DNA of 64,000 bases from NCBI GenBank assembly GCA_965541615.1, contig CBEUCJ010000001.1, positions 259,754-323,753 on the forward strand, read 5' to 3'. Under the pieces are notes generated by a model. The model saw only the letters and a program-made list of their open reading frames with translations, was not told the DNA's origin and did no database searches. The translations under genes and the position numbers were made by a program. This document shows positions 39,753 through 50,253 of this stretch, piece after piece (the stretch's first letter is position 1; the number at the start of each line of letters is the position of its first letter). The DNA is from an uncultured bacterium. GTDB taxonomy: Bacteria; Omnitrophota; Gorgyraeia; Duberdicusellales; CBEUCJ01.

Positions 39753-40496
39753 ATGACCAGAATTCAAGACAAAGAAAAAAGAAAAGAAAAAGTTTTGTAT
39801 CTTATAGTTAAATCTTTTATTAAAAATTGTATTCCTATAAGTAGTGAATTCTTATGTGAAAATTTTGATTTGAAATGTTCACCAGCTACAGTCAGAAATG
39901 ATATGGCTGAATTAGAAGAAGAAGGTTTTTTATATCAACCTCATACTTCAGCAGGTCGTATTCCAACAGAAAAAGCTTATAGGTATTTTGTAGATTTCTT
40001 TTTAGAAAAAAAAGAGTTAGATATTAAAGAAAAAAATAAAATTTTAGAGGTATTAAACTCTGAGTATGATTTGGAAACTCTCTTACGTAAAACAAGCCAG
40101 ATTTTAGCTGATCTTACAGAAGAGTTAAGCATGGTCTCTTTCATAGGAGAAAGAGGTAAGTTATTTACCCATGGAATGAAGTATATAATAAAAGAACCTG
40201 AATTTAGAGACCTGCAACGATTAGGTACACTTTTAGAACTCTTAGAAGATGAAGATTTTATATTTGAGATTTTAAATAGAGATTTAGAGTCTCAAACGAA
40301 AGTATTTATAGGTTCAGATTTAGGAGTTGAAGAATTTAAAGAATTTTCATTTGTTTTAAAATCTTTCAGATTTGAAGATGGACCTAAAGGAAGATTAGCT
40401 GTAATAGGCCCTTTAAGAATGGATTATGAAAGAATTTTGGCTAGTTTAGATTTTATAAGTTCATGTTTAAATAAAATTTTAAGGAGGCTTGTATGA
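39753..40496 (+). CDS. hrcA: Heat-inducible transcription repressor HrcA
   Basis: Winged-helix N-terminus; 247 aa; heads the hrcA-grpE-dnaK-dnaJ operon behind CIRCE. Confidence 0.8.
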   Translation: MTRIQDKEKRKEKVLYLIVKSFIKNCIPISSEFLCENFDLKCSPATVRNDMAELEEEGFLYQPHTSAGRIPTEKAYRYFVDFFLEKKELDIKEKNKILEVLNSEYDLETLLRKTSQILADLTEELSMVSFIGERGKLFTHGMKYIIKEPEFRDLQRLGTLLELLEDEDFIFEILNRDLESQTKVFIGSDLGVEEFKEFSFVLKSFRFEDGPKGRLAVIGPLRMDYERILASLDFISSCLNKILRRLV

Positions 40497-41053
40497 AGGA
40501 CAAAGATAAAAATAAAGAAAATAACAAGAAAGAAACAGCTGAAAAAGAAGAGAAGATTATTAACTTAACTGAGAAAGAGTTTAAAGAGCTTAAAGAGAAA
40601 GCTCAAAAAGCAGACACCTATTATGAGCAACTGATAAGATTAAAAGCTGATTTTGAAAATGCTTTAAAACATTTTGAAAAACAGAAATCTGAATATATAA
40701 AGTTAGCAAACTTTTCTTTAATAAAAGATTTACTCACTATCTTAGATGATTTTGAAAGAATTATTGAGTTTGCGCAAAAGAGAGAAAAAGAGTTTAAAGA
40801 TTTAAAAGAGGCGATAAATATGGTGTATAAAAATCTGTTACAAAGACTTAAATCTGAAGGTTTAAAAGAAACACCTACAGATTTTTTTGATCCCTTTTAT
40901 CATGAAGCAGTATCAACTACTGAGAATAAAGATTTAGAAGACAATAAAATTGTAGAAGTCCTCCAAAAAGGATACCTTTTAAATGAGAAGGTTTTAAGGA
41001 CAGCTAAAGTCATAGTAAACAAGGTTTCTGTAGAAAAAGAGGGAGGTGAATAA
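40493..41053 (+). CDS. grpE: Nucleotide exchange factor GrpE
   Basis: Coiled-coil N-terminus; C-terminal FDPFYHEAV; operon position. Confidence 0.85.
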   Translation: MKDKDKNKENNKKETAEKEEKIINLTEKEFKELKEKAQKADTYYEQLIRLKADFENALKHFEKQKSEYIKLANFSLIKDLLTILDDFERIIEFAQKREKEFKDLKEAINMVYKNLLQRLKSEGLKETPTDFFDPFYHEAVSTTENKDLEDNKIVEVLQKGYLLNEKVLRTAKVIVNKVSVEKEGGE

Positions 41054-41055
41054 AA

Positions 41056-42930
41056 ATGGCTAAGGTAATAGGGATCGATTTAGGTACTACAAATTCAGCT
41101 TGTTGTGTTTTAATGGGAGGAAAACCCACAATGATACCATCTGCTGAAGGAACTACTATTGCAGGAGGAAAGGCTTTTCCTTCATATGTAGCTATAACAA
41201 AGGATGGAAACTTGCTTGTAGGTGAACCTGCAAGAAGACAAGCTTCAATAAATCCTCAAGGAACTGTTACTGCATGGAAAAGAAAGATGGGACAAAATGT
41301 TAAAATAAAACTTCACGATAAAGAATTTACACCTCAACAGTTATCAGCATTTTTGTTACAGAAGATTAAAAAAGATGCAGAACAATTCTTAGGAGAAGAA
41401 GTAAAAGAAGCAGTAATTACTGTTCCTGCATATTTTAATGATAACCAAAGGCAAGCTACAAAAGATGCAGGTGAAATTGCAGGGTTAAAAGTTTTAAGAA
41501 TCATAAATGAACCTACAGCTGCGTGTTTGGCTTATGGTTTAGATAAGCAAGATAAAGAACTAAAGATTTTGGTATTTGATTTTGGAGGAGGGACACTCGA
41601 CGTCACTCTAATGGAAATGGGCCAAGGTGTCTTTCAAGTAAAATCAACATCTGGTGATACTCAATTAGGTGGAAAGGATATGGACCAAGCTCTGGTTAAT
41701 TATGTAATAGAAGAATTCAAAAAAGATACAGGTATAGATTTAAGAAATGATAAGATGGCTATGCAGAGATTGTATGAAGCTTGCGAAAAAGCAAAAATAG
41801 AGTTGTCTTCTACTTTAGAGACAGAGATAAATCTTCCTTATATCACTGCTGATCAAACAGGTCCTAAACACTTAACTATGAGGATCACAAGAGCTAAATT
41901 AGAAGAGTTAGTCACCCCTATTATAGAAAGATGTAGACATCCTATTGAACAGGCTTTGAAAGATGCAGGTTGGTCTCCTCAAGACATAGATAAGATAATC
42001 TTAGTAGGAGGTCCTACACGTATGCCTATAGTCCAAAGATTTTTAGAGGATATTTTTGGTAAAAAGATTGAGCGTGGAGTAGATCCTATGGAGTGTGTAG
42101 CTACAGGAGCAGCTTTACAAGCTGGAATCATAAAAGGAGAAGTAAAAGATATTCTTCTTTTAGACGTTATACCTCTCTCTTTAGGAATCGAAACTTTAGG
42201 AGGAATATTTACAAAGATAATTGAGAGAAATACTACTATTCCTTGTAGAAAATCTCAAATCTTTACTACAGCTGAAGATAATCAAACTGCTGTTACTATA
42301 AGGGTCTTACAAGGTGAGAGACCTATGGCAAATGATAATGTAGAATTGGGTAGATTTGATTTAATAGGAATACCTCCAGCCCCAAGAGGAGTGCCTCAAA
42401 TAGAAGTAACTTTTGATGTAGATGCAGATGGTATTTTACATGTCTCTGCTAAAGATAAAGCTACAGGAAAAGAACAATCTATAAGGATAACAGCTCCTCA
42501 CAAATTATCTAAAGAAGAGATAGAAAGAATGATAAAAGAAGCTGAAAAATATAAAGCTGAAGATGAAAAGAGAAAACAATTAGCAGAATTAAGAAATCAG
42601 GCTGATAATTTAATTTATACCACTCAGAAAACATTAAAAGATTTAGGAGACAAAATTCCAGAATCTGAGAGAAAGACTGTAGAAGAAAAGATAAATAATT
42701 TGAAAGAAAAGCTAAAGACATCAGACTATGAAGGTATTAAAAAAGCTATGGAAGATTTAGTTCAAAGTTCACATAGGATAGCTCAAGAAGTATATAAAAG
42801 AGCTCAAACTCAACAACAGCAACAGACAGGAACTAGTTCTCAAGGTTCTACAACAGAATCTGGTTCTTCACAGCAAACCAAAGATGATAAAGTAATAGAT
42901 GCAGAATTTAAAGAAGAGGATAAAAAATGA
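41056..42930 (+). CDS. dnaK: Chaperone DnaK (Hsp70)
   Basis: [10 protein letters not shown]; DFGGGTLDV; VGGPTRMP; EEDKK C-terminus. Confidence 0.95.
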   Translation: MAKVIGIDLGTTNSACCVLMGGKPTMIPSAEGTTIAGGKAFPSYVAITKDGNLLVGEPARRQASINPQGTVTAWKRKMGQNVKIKLHDKEFTPQQLSAFLLQKIKKDAEQFLGEEVKEAVITVPAYFNDNQRQATKDAGEIAGLKVLRIINEPTAACLAYGLDKQDKELKILVFDFGGGTLDVTLMEMGQGVFQVKSTSGDTQLGGKDMDQALVNYVIEEFKKDTGIDLRNDKMAMQRLYEACEKAKIELSSTLETEINLPYITADQTGPKHLTMRITRAKLEELVTPIIERCRHPIEQALKDAGWSPQDIDKIILVGGPTRMPIVQRFLEDIFGKKIERGVDPMECVATGAALQAGIIKGEVKDILLLDVIPLSLGIETLGGIFTKIIERNTTIPCRKSQIFTTAEDNQTAVTIRVLQGERPMANDNVELGRFDLIGIPPAPRGVPQIEVTFDVDADGILHVSAKDKATGKEQSIRITAPHKLSKEEIERMIKEAEKYKAEDEKRKQLAELRNQADNLIYTTQKTLKDLGDKIPESERKTVEEKINNLKEKLKTSDYEGIKKAMEDLVQSSHRIAQEVYKRAQTQQQQQTGTSSQGSTTESGSSQQTKDDKVIDAEFKEEDKK

Positions 42931-44033
42931 TGGGGACAAAAAAAGATTATTATGAAATTTTAGGTGTTAGTAGAGACGCTTCTCAAGAGGAGATAAAGAG
43001 AAGGTTTAGAGAGTTAGCTTTAAAGTACCATCCAGACAGAAACCCAGATAGGAGAAAATGGGCTGAAGAAAAATTCAAAGAGATTTCAGAAGCTTATGAA
43101 GTGTTATCTGACCCTGAGAAAAGAAGGTTATATGATATGTATGGACACCAAGGTCTGCAAGGAGCTTTCAGTGGACCTGAATTTAGTTGGCAGGATTTCA
43201 CTCATTTTGATGATATAAGTGATTTGTTTGGTAGCTTTGATGATTTTCTGAGAAGTTTTGGAATAGATTTAGATATATTTGGAGATAGCTTTTTTACTAC
43301 TAGAAGAACTAGGAGAACTCAAAGAGGTAGAGACTTATATTTAGAATTGGAAATAGATTTTTTAGAAGCTGTAAAAGGTGCAGAGAAAAGAATAACTTTA
43401 ACAAAAGAAGCCAAATGTCCACAATGTAAAGGACAAGGGTATTTAAATCCTCAGGATATTACAATCTGTCCAGAATGCAAAGGGAGTGGAGTAAAATCTA
43501 AAACTACAGGTTTTGTATTCTTTTCTACTACATGTCCTTACTGCAAAGGTACAGGCAAAGTTATTAAGAATCCTTGCAAAGAATGTAAAGGAAGAGGAAC
43601 AATAAGGGTTAGGAAAAATATAGTAGTGAAAATTCCTCCAGGAGTAGAAGAAGGCACAAAATTAAGGATTCAGGGAGAAGGAGAAGAAGTATCGGTTGGA
43701 AGACCAGGTGATTTATACATAATATTAAAAGTAAGAGAACATCCAATTTTTAAAAGAGACGGATTAGATATTTACTGTCAAATTCATGTTCCTCTAACAA
43801 AAGCTGTTTTGGGAGGAGAAGTAGAAGTTCCTACTTTAGAAGGACAAGTTAAAATGAAGATACCTCCAGGCACTCAATCAGGAACTGTATTTAGATTAAA
43901 GAATAAAGGAATTCAAAAAAATTTCCAAAGAGGAGATGAGTATGTAAAAGTTATAGTAGATATTCCTAAAAATTTATCAAAGAAAGAAAAAGAATTATTT
44001 TTAGAGATAGCTAAATTAAGAAAAGAAATATAA
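42927..44033 (+). CDS. dnaJ: Chaperone DnaJ (J domain, four CxxCxGxG zinc-finger repeats, C-terminal domains)
   Basis: DYYEILGV...KYHPDRN J domain; [32 protein letters not shown]. Confidence 0.9.
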   Translation: MMGTKKDYYEILGVSRDASQEEIKRRFRELALKYHPDRNPDRRKWAEEKFKEISEAYEVLSDPEKRRLYDMYGHQGLQGAFSGPEFSWQDFTHFDDISDLFGSFDDFLRSFGIDLDIFGDSFFTTRRTRRTQRGRDLYLELEIDFLEAVKGAEKRITLTKEAKCPQCKGQGYLNPQDITICPECKGSGVKSKTTGFVFFSTTCPYCKGTGKVIKNPCKECKGRGTIRVRKNIVVKIPPGVEEGTKLRIQGEGEEVSVGRPGDLYIILKVREHPIFKRDGLDIYCQIHVPLTKAVLGGEVEVPTLEGQVKMKIPPGTQSGTVFRLKNKGIQKNFQRGDEYVKVIVDIPKNLSKKEKELFLEIAKLRKEI

Positions 44034-44127
44034 TTTAAAATTTCTTCTAATTCTTCAGATCACTCTTCAAAATCATCTCAAAAATAAATTTTTGGAGAAA
44101 AAATTTTTTCAAATTATAATTTTTTTG

Positions 44128-44156
44128 TTGACTTAACTTAAATTTTTTTTTAAAAT
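44128..44156 (+). promoter_or_regulatory. Sigma70-like promoter TTGACT-N17-TAAAAT driving the micro-ORF at 44198
   Basis: Hexamers and exact 17-nt spacer read directly. Confidence 0.45.
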
Positions 44157-44197
44157 TTTTTTGAAAAAATTTTTTGAAAAAAGAAAGGAGGTGAAGG

Positions 44198-44302
44198 ATG
44201 GCAAAAGCAAAGAAAGCAGCAAAAAAAACAACAAAGAAAACTTCTAAAGCAAAGAAAACAACAAAGAAGGCAGCAAAGAAAAGTAGTAAGAAGAAGAAAT
44301 AA
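44198..44302 (+). CDS. 34-aa lysine/alanine/threonine-rich basic peptide MAKAKKAAKKTTKKTSKAKKTTKKAAKKSSKKKK (histone-H1-tail-like)
   Basis: AAGGAGGTGAAGG RBS; own promoter and terminator; below the 60-aa ORF-track cutoff. Confidence 0.4.
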   Translation: MAKAKKAAKKTTKKTSKAKKTTKKAAKKSSKKKK

Positions 44303-44325
44303 GAGTTTGACTCTTTGATTTAAAA

Positions 44326-44352
44326 AGAAGGAAGGCCTTCCTTCTTTGTATT
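44326..44352 (+). terminator. Rho-independent terminator: 10-bp stem (agaaggaagg/ccttccttct) followed by a T-rich run (ttgtatt)
   Basis: Perfect hairpin read directly, 24 nt after the micro-ORF stop. Confidence 0.5.
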
Positions 44353-44439
44353 AAAAAATAAGTTCCTAAAAAAGAGGCCTACCTTTTTACCTTTCTTAAT
44401 AAAATTGAATCTTTTGAAGAGATGTGATATTATTTTTTT

Positions 44440-44751
44440 ATGAATATAAAAAAGTATTCAATTTCAGATTTAGTAAAAATATCTCACAGTATAGCTAAAG
44501 AAAAAGGATGGTGGGATAGGGAAAGAAACGATGCAGAATTAATAGCTCTAATGCATTCAGAATTATCTGAAGCTTTACAAGCTTTAAGAAATAATGAACC
44601 CTTAGAAAAAGTAGCTGAAGAATTAGCTGATTGTATTATAAGGATTTTTGATTACTGCGGATTTAAAAACATAGATTTAGAGAAAGCGATTTTGGAAAAG
44701 ATAGAAAAGAATAAAAAACGTCCTTATAGACATGGAAATAAAAAATTTTAA
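44440..44751 (+). CDS. MazG-like nucleoside triphosphate pyrophosphohydrolase (small all-alpha MazG/HisE superfamily)
   Basis: KEKGWWD...ELIALMHSELSEALQA...EELADCIIRIFDYC...LEKAILEKIEKNKKRPY matches the MazG pattern of metal-binding E residues. Confidence 0.6.
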   Translation: MNIKKYSISDLVKISHSIAKEKGWWDRERNDAELIALMHSELSEALQALRNNEPLEKVAEELADCIIRIFDYCGFKNIDLEKAILEKIEKNKKRPYRHGNKKF

Positions 44752-44766
44752 TAAAGGAGGCAAGAG

Positions 44767-45138
44767 ATGAAAAATCTTATAATCCTTTTATTATCAGCCT
44801 TTTTAGGAGGATGCACTCCTTTATTAATAGGAGCAGGTTTAGGAACTATAGCAGGTTACTGTGTAAGTTCAGATACTATTCAAGGAGAGTTAAAGACTGA
44901 TTTTGAAACCCTTTATTCAGCAGCTAAAGATGTACTCAGCCAGATTGGAGAGATAGAAGAAGAAGATATCCAATCAGGAAGAATTATTGCTAAAGTAGGT
45001 TTAAACAGAGTAAAAGTTTCTATAGATGCTCTTAATAACAATACTCTAAAATTAAGAGTTAAATGTAGAAGAGCTCTTTTACCCAACTTGAGTTTAGCAA
45101 ACAGAATATTTGTGAAAATAATAAATAAGATTAAGTGA
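44767..45138 (+). CDS. Small lipoprotein of unknown function
   Basis: Signal peptide with LGGC lipobox. Confidence 0.45.
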   Translation: MKNLIILLLSAFLGGCTPLLIGAGLGTIAGYCVSSDTIQGELKTDFETLYSAAKDVLSQIGEIEEEDIQSGRIIAKVGLNRVKVSIDALNNNTLKLRVKCRRALLPNLSLANRIFVKIINKIK

Positions 45139-45905
45139 GAAGATTAACTCTTCTTTTCCTTTCCCTTCTTCTCTTTTTTAATTGTTCAAAGCATTCTTTA
45201 AACTATTCTCATATAAGAGTTATAAAAGTCATAGATGGAGATACAGTGATCTTAGAGAATGGAGAACATTTAAGGTATTTAGGCATAGATACTCCAGAAA
45301 TAAGGAAGAAAGTAGCAGGTAAGTGGATTTTCATGCCTCAACCTTTTTCTTTACAGGCAAAGGAATTTAATAAGAATTTGGTAGAAAAAAAATTTGTGAG
45401 AGTAGAATTTGATGTTGAAAAAAGAGATAGATATAACAGACTTTTAGGCTATGTGTTTGTGGATAAGACTTTTGTAAATGAAAGATTAGTAAAAGAAGGG
45501 TTAGCTATAGTTAGTTTTAAACCTCCAAATTTGAAATACTTAAAAAGATTTTTAAAAGCACAAGAAGAAGCAAGATTTAATAAAAAGGGTCTATGGGCTT
45601 ATTTAAAACCTATCTCTCCTGCACAGGCTCAAAACTTTATTGGCGAGATAAGGACAGTGAAAGGCAGAATTTTAGATTGTTATTGTCTGAAAGATGCATG
45701 TTTTTTAAATTTCGGTACAGATTACAAAAAAGATTTCACCATTACTATTTTCAAAAGAAGTTTTCCTGAATTTCAAAAAAGAGGAATAGATATCTGTCCA
45801 TACTATAAAAATAAAGAAGTAGAAATTACAGGCAGATTAAGAGAATACAACGGTCCAGAGATCATAGCCAATCTTCCTCAGGATATTAAAGTAATCTCTG
45901 AATGA
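45135..45905 (+). CDS. Secreted thermonuclease (staphylococcal nuclease/SNase-like), lipoprotein-anchored
   Basis: FFNC lipobox; VIKVIDGDTVILENGEHLRYLGIDTPE ... RYNRLLGYVFVD SNase catalytic pattern. Confidence 0.7.
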   Translation: MRRLTLLFLSLLLFFNCSKHSLNYSHIRVIKVIDGDTVILENGEHLRYLGIDTPEIRKKVAGKWIFMPQPFSLQAKEFNKNLVEKKFVRVEFDVEKRDRYNRLLGYVFVDKTFVNERLVKEGLAIVSFKPPNLKYLKRFLKAQEEARFNKKGLWAYLKPISPAQAQNFIGEIRTVKGRILDCYCLKDACFLNFGTDYKKDFTITIFKRSFPEFQKRGIDICPYYKNKEVEITGRLREYNGPEIIANLPQDIKVISE

Positions 45906-47002
45906 AATCCTTATATATTCATATTCCTTTCTGTAAAAAAAAATGTATCTACTGTGATTTTTATTCTGAGATTTATAATTTTGAAAAAGCGTCCAAATTT
46001 ATAGAAGTAATATGCTGGCAAATTAGAAAAATAAGAGAGAAAAATTTTGAGACTATTTACATTGGGGGAGGGACACCTTCTGTTTTAGATTTAGAACTTT
46101 TGGAAAGGCTATTAAAGGAGTTATATCCTTTAATAAAGAAAGCAAAAGAAGTAAGTATTGAAGTAAATCCAGAATCTATAGATGAAGAAAAAATAGAATT
46201 GCTTAAAGATTTTGTGAATAGGATAAGCATAGGAGTTCAATCATTTAATGATAAAAAATTAAAAGCTTTAACAAGAATGCACGATGCAAAAAAATCTATA
46301 GAGTCAATTCTAAATTTATCAAAAAGATTTAAAAATTTGAGTATAGATTTAATATTTGGGATATGGAATGAAAAAATAGAAGATTTTAAAAAAGATTTAG
46401 AGACAGCCACACAATTTCCTCTCACACACATATCTGTTTACAATCTCACTTATGAAAAAAATACACCTCTTTATGAATTAAAAGAGAAAGGAAAAATAAT
46501 TCCTTTAGATAATGAAATAGAAGCTAAGATGTATGAACTCTGTTTAAAATTTTTACCTAAAAAAAAGTTTTATCAGTATGAAATTTCAAATTTCTCCAAA
46601 AAAGGTTTTGAGTGTCTCCATAACTTAAATTACTGGAATATGGGAGAATTTTTAGGATTAGGACCAGGAGCAGCATCTTTTTTAGATAAAGTTTATTATA
46701 GAAACTATACACCTTTAGAAAGTTATATTAAAAGAGTAAAAAAGAATGAGAGGTTCTTTTTTGTAGAGAAGAAATTGACCTCAAAACAAAAGATAAAATA
46801 TAAAGTGATTCTAAATTTTAGAAGGATAAGAAAGATAAGGATAAGTAAAGAAGAACAGAAAGTTTTGAAGAGAGCATTAAACTACTTAATTAAGGAAAAG
46901 TATGTGAAAGTAAAAGAAAATGGAAATTTTAAAGAATTTTCTCTCACTAAAAAAGGTATATTTTTTTATGATGAGCTTGCTAAAAGTATTTTGTTATGCT
47001 AA
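45902..47002 (+). CDS. hemW: Radical SAM heme chaperone HemW (coproporphyrinogen-III-oxidase-like)
   Basis: LYIHIPFCKKKCIYCDFYS canonical HemN/HemW start; 366 aa. Confidence 0.8.
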   Translation: MKSLYIHIPFCKKKCIYCDFYSEIYNFEKASKFIEVICWQIRKIREKNFETIYIGGGTPSVLDLELLERLLKELYPLIKKAKEVSIEVNPESIDEEKIELLKDFVNRISIGVQSFNDKKLKALTRMHDAKKSIESILNLSKRFKNLSIDLIFGIWNEKIEDFKKDLETATQFPLTHISVYNLTYEKNTPLYELKEKGKIIPLDNEIEAKMYELCLKFLPKKKFYQYEISNFSKKGFECLHNLNYWNMGEFLGLGPGAASFLDKVYYRNYTPLESYIKRVKKNERFFFVEKKLTSKQKIKYKVILNFRRIRKIRISKEEQKVLKRALNYLIKEKYVKVKENGNFKEFSLTKKGIFFYDELAKSILLC

Positions 47003-47024
47003 AATCTTTTCTCAAAAACCTGGT

Positions 47025-47100
<76 letters not shown>

Positions 47101-47183
47101 GGAATATTTTTAAAACCCTCCTTTTCTCAGTAAAAATTTCCAATTGAAAATAATCGAATTATTTGAGAAGATAATTATAAAAT

Positions 47184-47256
47184 GCGCCCGTAGTTCAATT
47201 GGAAGAACGCCTGACTACGGATCAGGAGGTTGGGAGTTCAAGTCTCCCCGGGCGCT
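47184..47256 (+). tRNA. tRNA-Arg (anticodon ACG)
   Basis: GCGCCCG acceptor/CGGGCGC; anticodon loop CTACGGA; T-arm GGGAG-TTCAAGT-CTCCC. Confidence 0.8.
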
Positions 47257-47267
47257 CAAAAACATAA

Positions 47268-49082
47268 ATGAAGTTTAAAGAATTAATAGATTTACCCATT
47301 GTAGTAATACTATTACTTTTAGCAATAGGAATTCTTTTTATTCTTGTCTGCAAAAACATTCCTTTAATTCCCTCTGAAGCTTTTTATGCAGGTCTACAGA
47401 TAACTGCATCTTTAGCAGCTTTAATCTGTAGTTTAATTTTTCTAATTAGGTTCTTTATATTTAGACAAAGATTGTATCTTTTTTTAGCTATCACTTTTTT
47501 AATATTTTTTTCCTTTGAGTTTGCGATCGTTTTAGTCTTTTTTGGAAAGATTCCCGCCCCTTCTTTAGAAAAGGAAAATTTTTTAATTTTACTTTCAGCA
47601 GTTTTTACTTGGATATTTTCTCTTTCTTTTTTGATAGGTGCTTCTTTTAAAAAGTTCTTTTTGTCATATATCTCAAGTAAAAAGAAGATGAGCTTTGAAG
47701 CATGTCTTACTCCTTTACTATCTGTATTTGTAGGATTTTTGTTAGCTTACATTTCTTACTTTTTTTCTCAATTTTATTTTAAAGCAAAGGTTTTAAATTT
47801 ATCATTACATTATTTATTGAGCTCAATAATTTTTCCTTTCATTATTCTCATCTACTACAGGATTTATTATAAAGAAAAGAGTCCTTTCTGGTGGTCTATG
47901 CTTCTCTTTATTTCTTTAAATTTTTTAAGTAATTTTTCTTTAGGATTTTCTAATTCATTTTTAGATACACCTTTTATATTCTTTGAGACTTTTAGAGCAA
48001 TAAGTTACTGCACTTTAATCTTAGGAGCAAGTTTTGAAAGTATTATCCTTTTTGAGGAGGAAAGAAGATTAAAAGAATCTTTAGAAAAAGCTAACTTTCA
48101 ACTAAAGAGATTAGATGAATTAAAATCAAAATTTTTATCTAGTGTCTCCCATGAGTTAAGAGCTCCTTTAGGGGTTATTTCTGAGAGTATAAATCAGCTT
48201 TTAGAAGGAATTCCAGGACAGGTTAACCCTTCTCAAAGAAGGATTTTAGAGATAGCCAAAAAAAATACCTCCCACCTTACTGAACTTATAAATGATATTT
48301 TAGATATTCAGAGAATAGAAGCAAAAAAGATGGAACTAAAAAAAGATGTTTTCGATCTTAAAGATCTTTTAAAAGAAGTATACGATTCTTACAAAGAGAG
48401 AGCAAATAGCAAAGGTTTAGAGTTAATTTTGGAGGTGCCTTCATATTCTTTACTTCTATATGCTGATAGAAGAAGAATAAGACAGATATTAGATAATCTT
48501 TTATCTAATTCTTTGAAATTTACAGAAAAAGGATTTATAAAAATCCATGCAGATAAGAAAGAAGATAAAGTTTACTTTGCAGTGAGAGATACAGGTTGTG
48601 GTATTAAGAAAGAAGATTTAGCTTATATTTTTGATAAGTTCAAGCAGTTTGGGAAGAGTAGAGAAGGTACAGGTTTAGGTTTAGCTATAGTTAAAGAACT
48701 TATCTCTTTACATGCTGGTGAGATATTCGTTAGGTCTGAAGAAGGATTAGGCACAGAGTTTAAGGTAGTTTTACCAGGTTTAACAGACAAAAATATCTTT
48801 AATGAATTCTTAAAGACACTAAAAGAAAAGAGTAGGCATGAAAATTCAAATCTTTTTGTTTTAAGACTTTATCATACTAAAGAATCTTCCTTTTTTAGAG
48901 AATTTATTAAAGATTCTTTAAAAGAAAATTTAAAGAATATGATAATTTTTGATACAGAACCTTTAAGTGTGCTTTTAGAGACAAAAGATGTAGACAAAGA
49001 TGATGTTAAGAAGTTACTGAGTAAGTTTTTATCAAAGAAGTATTCATTAGAAGAGATATATACACAAGGAGGTAGAGTTTAA
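47268..49082 (+). CDS. Sensor histidine kinase with large polytopic N-terminal membrane domain (about 260 aa) and about 100-aa C-terminal extension after the ATPase
   Basis: SHELRAPLGVI H-box; DTGCGI...GTGLGLAIV HATPase G-boxes. Confidence 0.8.
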   Translation: MKFKELIDLPIVVILLLLAIGILFILVCKNIPLIPSEAFYAGLQITASLAALICSLIFLIRFFIFRQRLYLFLAITFLIFFSFEFAIVLVFFGKIPAPSLEKENFLILLSAVFTWIFSLSFLIGASFKKFFLSYISSKKKMSFEACLTPLLSVFVGFLLAYISYFFSQFYFKAKVLNLSLHYLLSSIIFPFIILIYYRIYYKEKSPFWWSMLLFISLNFLSNFSLGFSNSFLDTPFIFFETFRAISYCTLILGASFESIILFEEERRLKESLEKANFQLKRLDELKSKFLSSVSHELRAPLGVISESINQLLEGIPGQVNPSQRRILEIAKKNTSHLTELINDILDIQRIEAKKMELKKDVFDLKDLLKEVYDSYKERANSKGLELILEVPSYSLLLYADRRRIRQILDNLLSNSLKFTEKGFIKIHADKKEDKVYFAVRDTGCGIKKEDLAYIFDKFKQFGKSREGTGLGLAIVKELISLHAGEIFVRSEEGLGTEFKVVLPGLTDKNIFNEFLKTLKEKSRHENSNLFVLRLYHTKESSFFREFIKDSLKENLKNMIIFDTEPLSVLLETKDVDKDDVKKLLSKFLSKKYSLEEIYTQGGRV

Positions 49083-49083
49083 A

Positions 49084-49449
49084 ATGAAAAGGATTCTAAT
49101 TATAGAAGATGATTCTGATTTCAGAGAGTTAATAAAAAATAGGTTATCTTATTCAGGTTTTGAAGTTTATGAAGCAGAAAATGGTGCAGAAGGTCTTAAA
49201 AAGGTAAAAGAAATATCTCCTGACCTTATTCTTTTAGATATTAAGATGCCTGAGATGAATGGCTACTCTCTGATAAAAGAATTAAAAGCAAATCCTCAAA
49301 CAGCTTCTATACCTATTATAATAGTTACTGCTTACAAGGAGATGGAAGAATTATTTAAATTAGAAGGTATACAAGATTATGTAGTAAAGACACAAGATTC
49401 CAATTTGATTTTAGAAAAGATTAATAAAATTTTAAAAGACAAAACTTAA
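49084..49449 (+). CDS. Single-domain response regulator (CheY-like receiver)
   Basis: ILIIEDD...LLDIKMPEMNG...TAY receiver motifs; starts 1 nt after the kinase stop. Confidence 0.8.
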   Translation: MKRILIIEDDSDFRELIKNRLSYSGFEVYEAENGAEGLKKVKEISPDLILLDIKMPEMNGYSLIKELKANPQTASIPIIIVTAYKEMEELFKLEGIQDYVVKTQDSNLILEKINKILKDKT

Positions 49450-49450
49450 A

Positions 49451-49546
49451 GGAGAGGTGCCTGAGTCTGGTTTAAAGGGCCCCGCTCGAAACGGGGTGCT
49501 CTCTGTCACAAACAGAGAGCCGTGGGTTCAAATCCCACCCTCTCCG
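49451..49546 (+). tRNA. tRNA-Ser (anticodon CGA) with long variable arm
   Basis: GGAGAGG/CCTCTCC acceptor; anticodon loop CTCGAAA; long extra-arm hairpin; T-arm GTGGG-TTCAAAT-CCCAC. Confidence 0.8.
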
Positions 49547-49570
49547 CATAAGGAATCTAAATTTTAAAAA

Positions 49571-50215
49571 ATGGGGATTTTTAAATTATTAAAAGAAGAT
49601 ATTCAGACTGTCTTTAAAAAAGATCCTGCTGCAAGGAGCACAATAGAGGTTATCTTATGTTATCCAGGTTTACATGCTATTTGGTTCCATAGGATAGCAC
49701 ACTGGTTATGGAATAAAAGATTAAGATTGTTAGCTAGGATTATCTCTCATATTTCAAGATTTTTGACAGGAATAGAAATACACCCAGGAGCCAAAATTGG
49801 TAGAAGATTTTTTATAGACCATGGTGCAGGTGTAGTAATAGGTGAAACTTCAGAGATTGGAGAAGATGTATTAATCTATCAAGGAGTAGTTTTAGGAGGT
49901 ACAAGCTTAGAAAAGAAGAAAAGACATCCTACAATAGGAAATAATGTAGTAATTGGAGCAGGAGCTATATTATTAGGTCCTATTAAAGTAGGAGACAATG
50001 CCAAAATAGGAGCAGGCTCTGTAGTGATAAAAGATGTGCCACCAAATACTACAGTAGTAGGAGTTCCTGCTCATGTGGTAGGAAAGGAAAGGAAAAAAAT
50101 AATGGGTGTAGATTTAGACCATCACAAACTCCCTGACCCTTTAATAGAAGTATTTAAAAGATTAGAAGAGAGGATTAAAAAAATAGAAGAAATTCTTCAA
50201 GAAAAATGCTCTTAA
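49571..50215 (+). CDS. cysE: Serine O-acetyltransferase
   Basis: [42 protein letters not shown] left-handed beta-helix core of CysE. Confidence 0.8.
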   Translation: MGIFKLLKEDIQTVFKKDPAARSTIEVILCYPGLHAIWFHRIAHWLWNKRLRLLARIISHISRFLTGIEIHPGAKIGRRFFIDHGAGVVIGETSEIGEDVLIYQGVVLGGTSLEKKKRHPTIGNNVVIGAGAILLGPIKVGDNAKIGAGSVVIKDVPPNTTVVGVPAHVVGKERKKIMGVDLDHHKLPDPLIEVFKRLEERIKKIEEILQEKCS

Positions 50216-50253
50216 AACCATACAATTTATTTTAAATATATGTTATACTTTTC

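Noticed and set aside
47101-47183. Promoter between tRNA-Phe and tRNA-Arg (TTGAAA / TTGAGA hexamers)
   Set aside because: -35-like hexamers are present, but no -10 element sits at a workable spacing. The two tRNAs may be co-transcribed from upstream.
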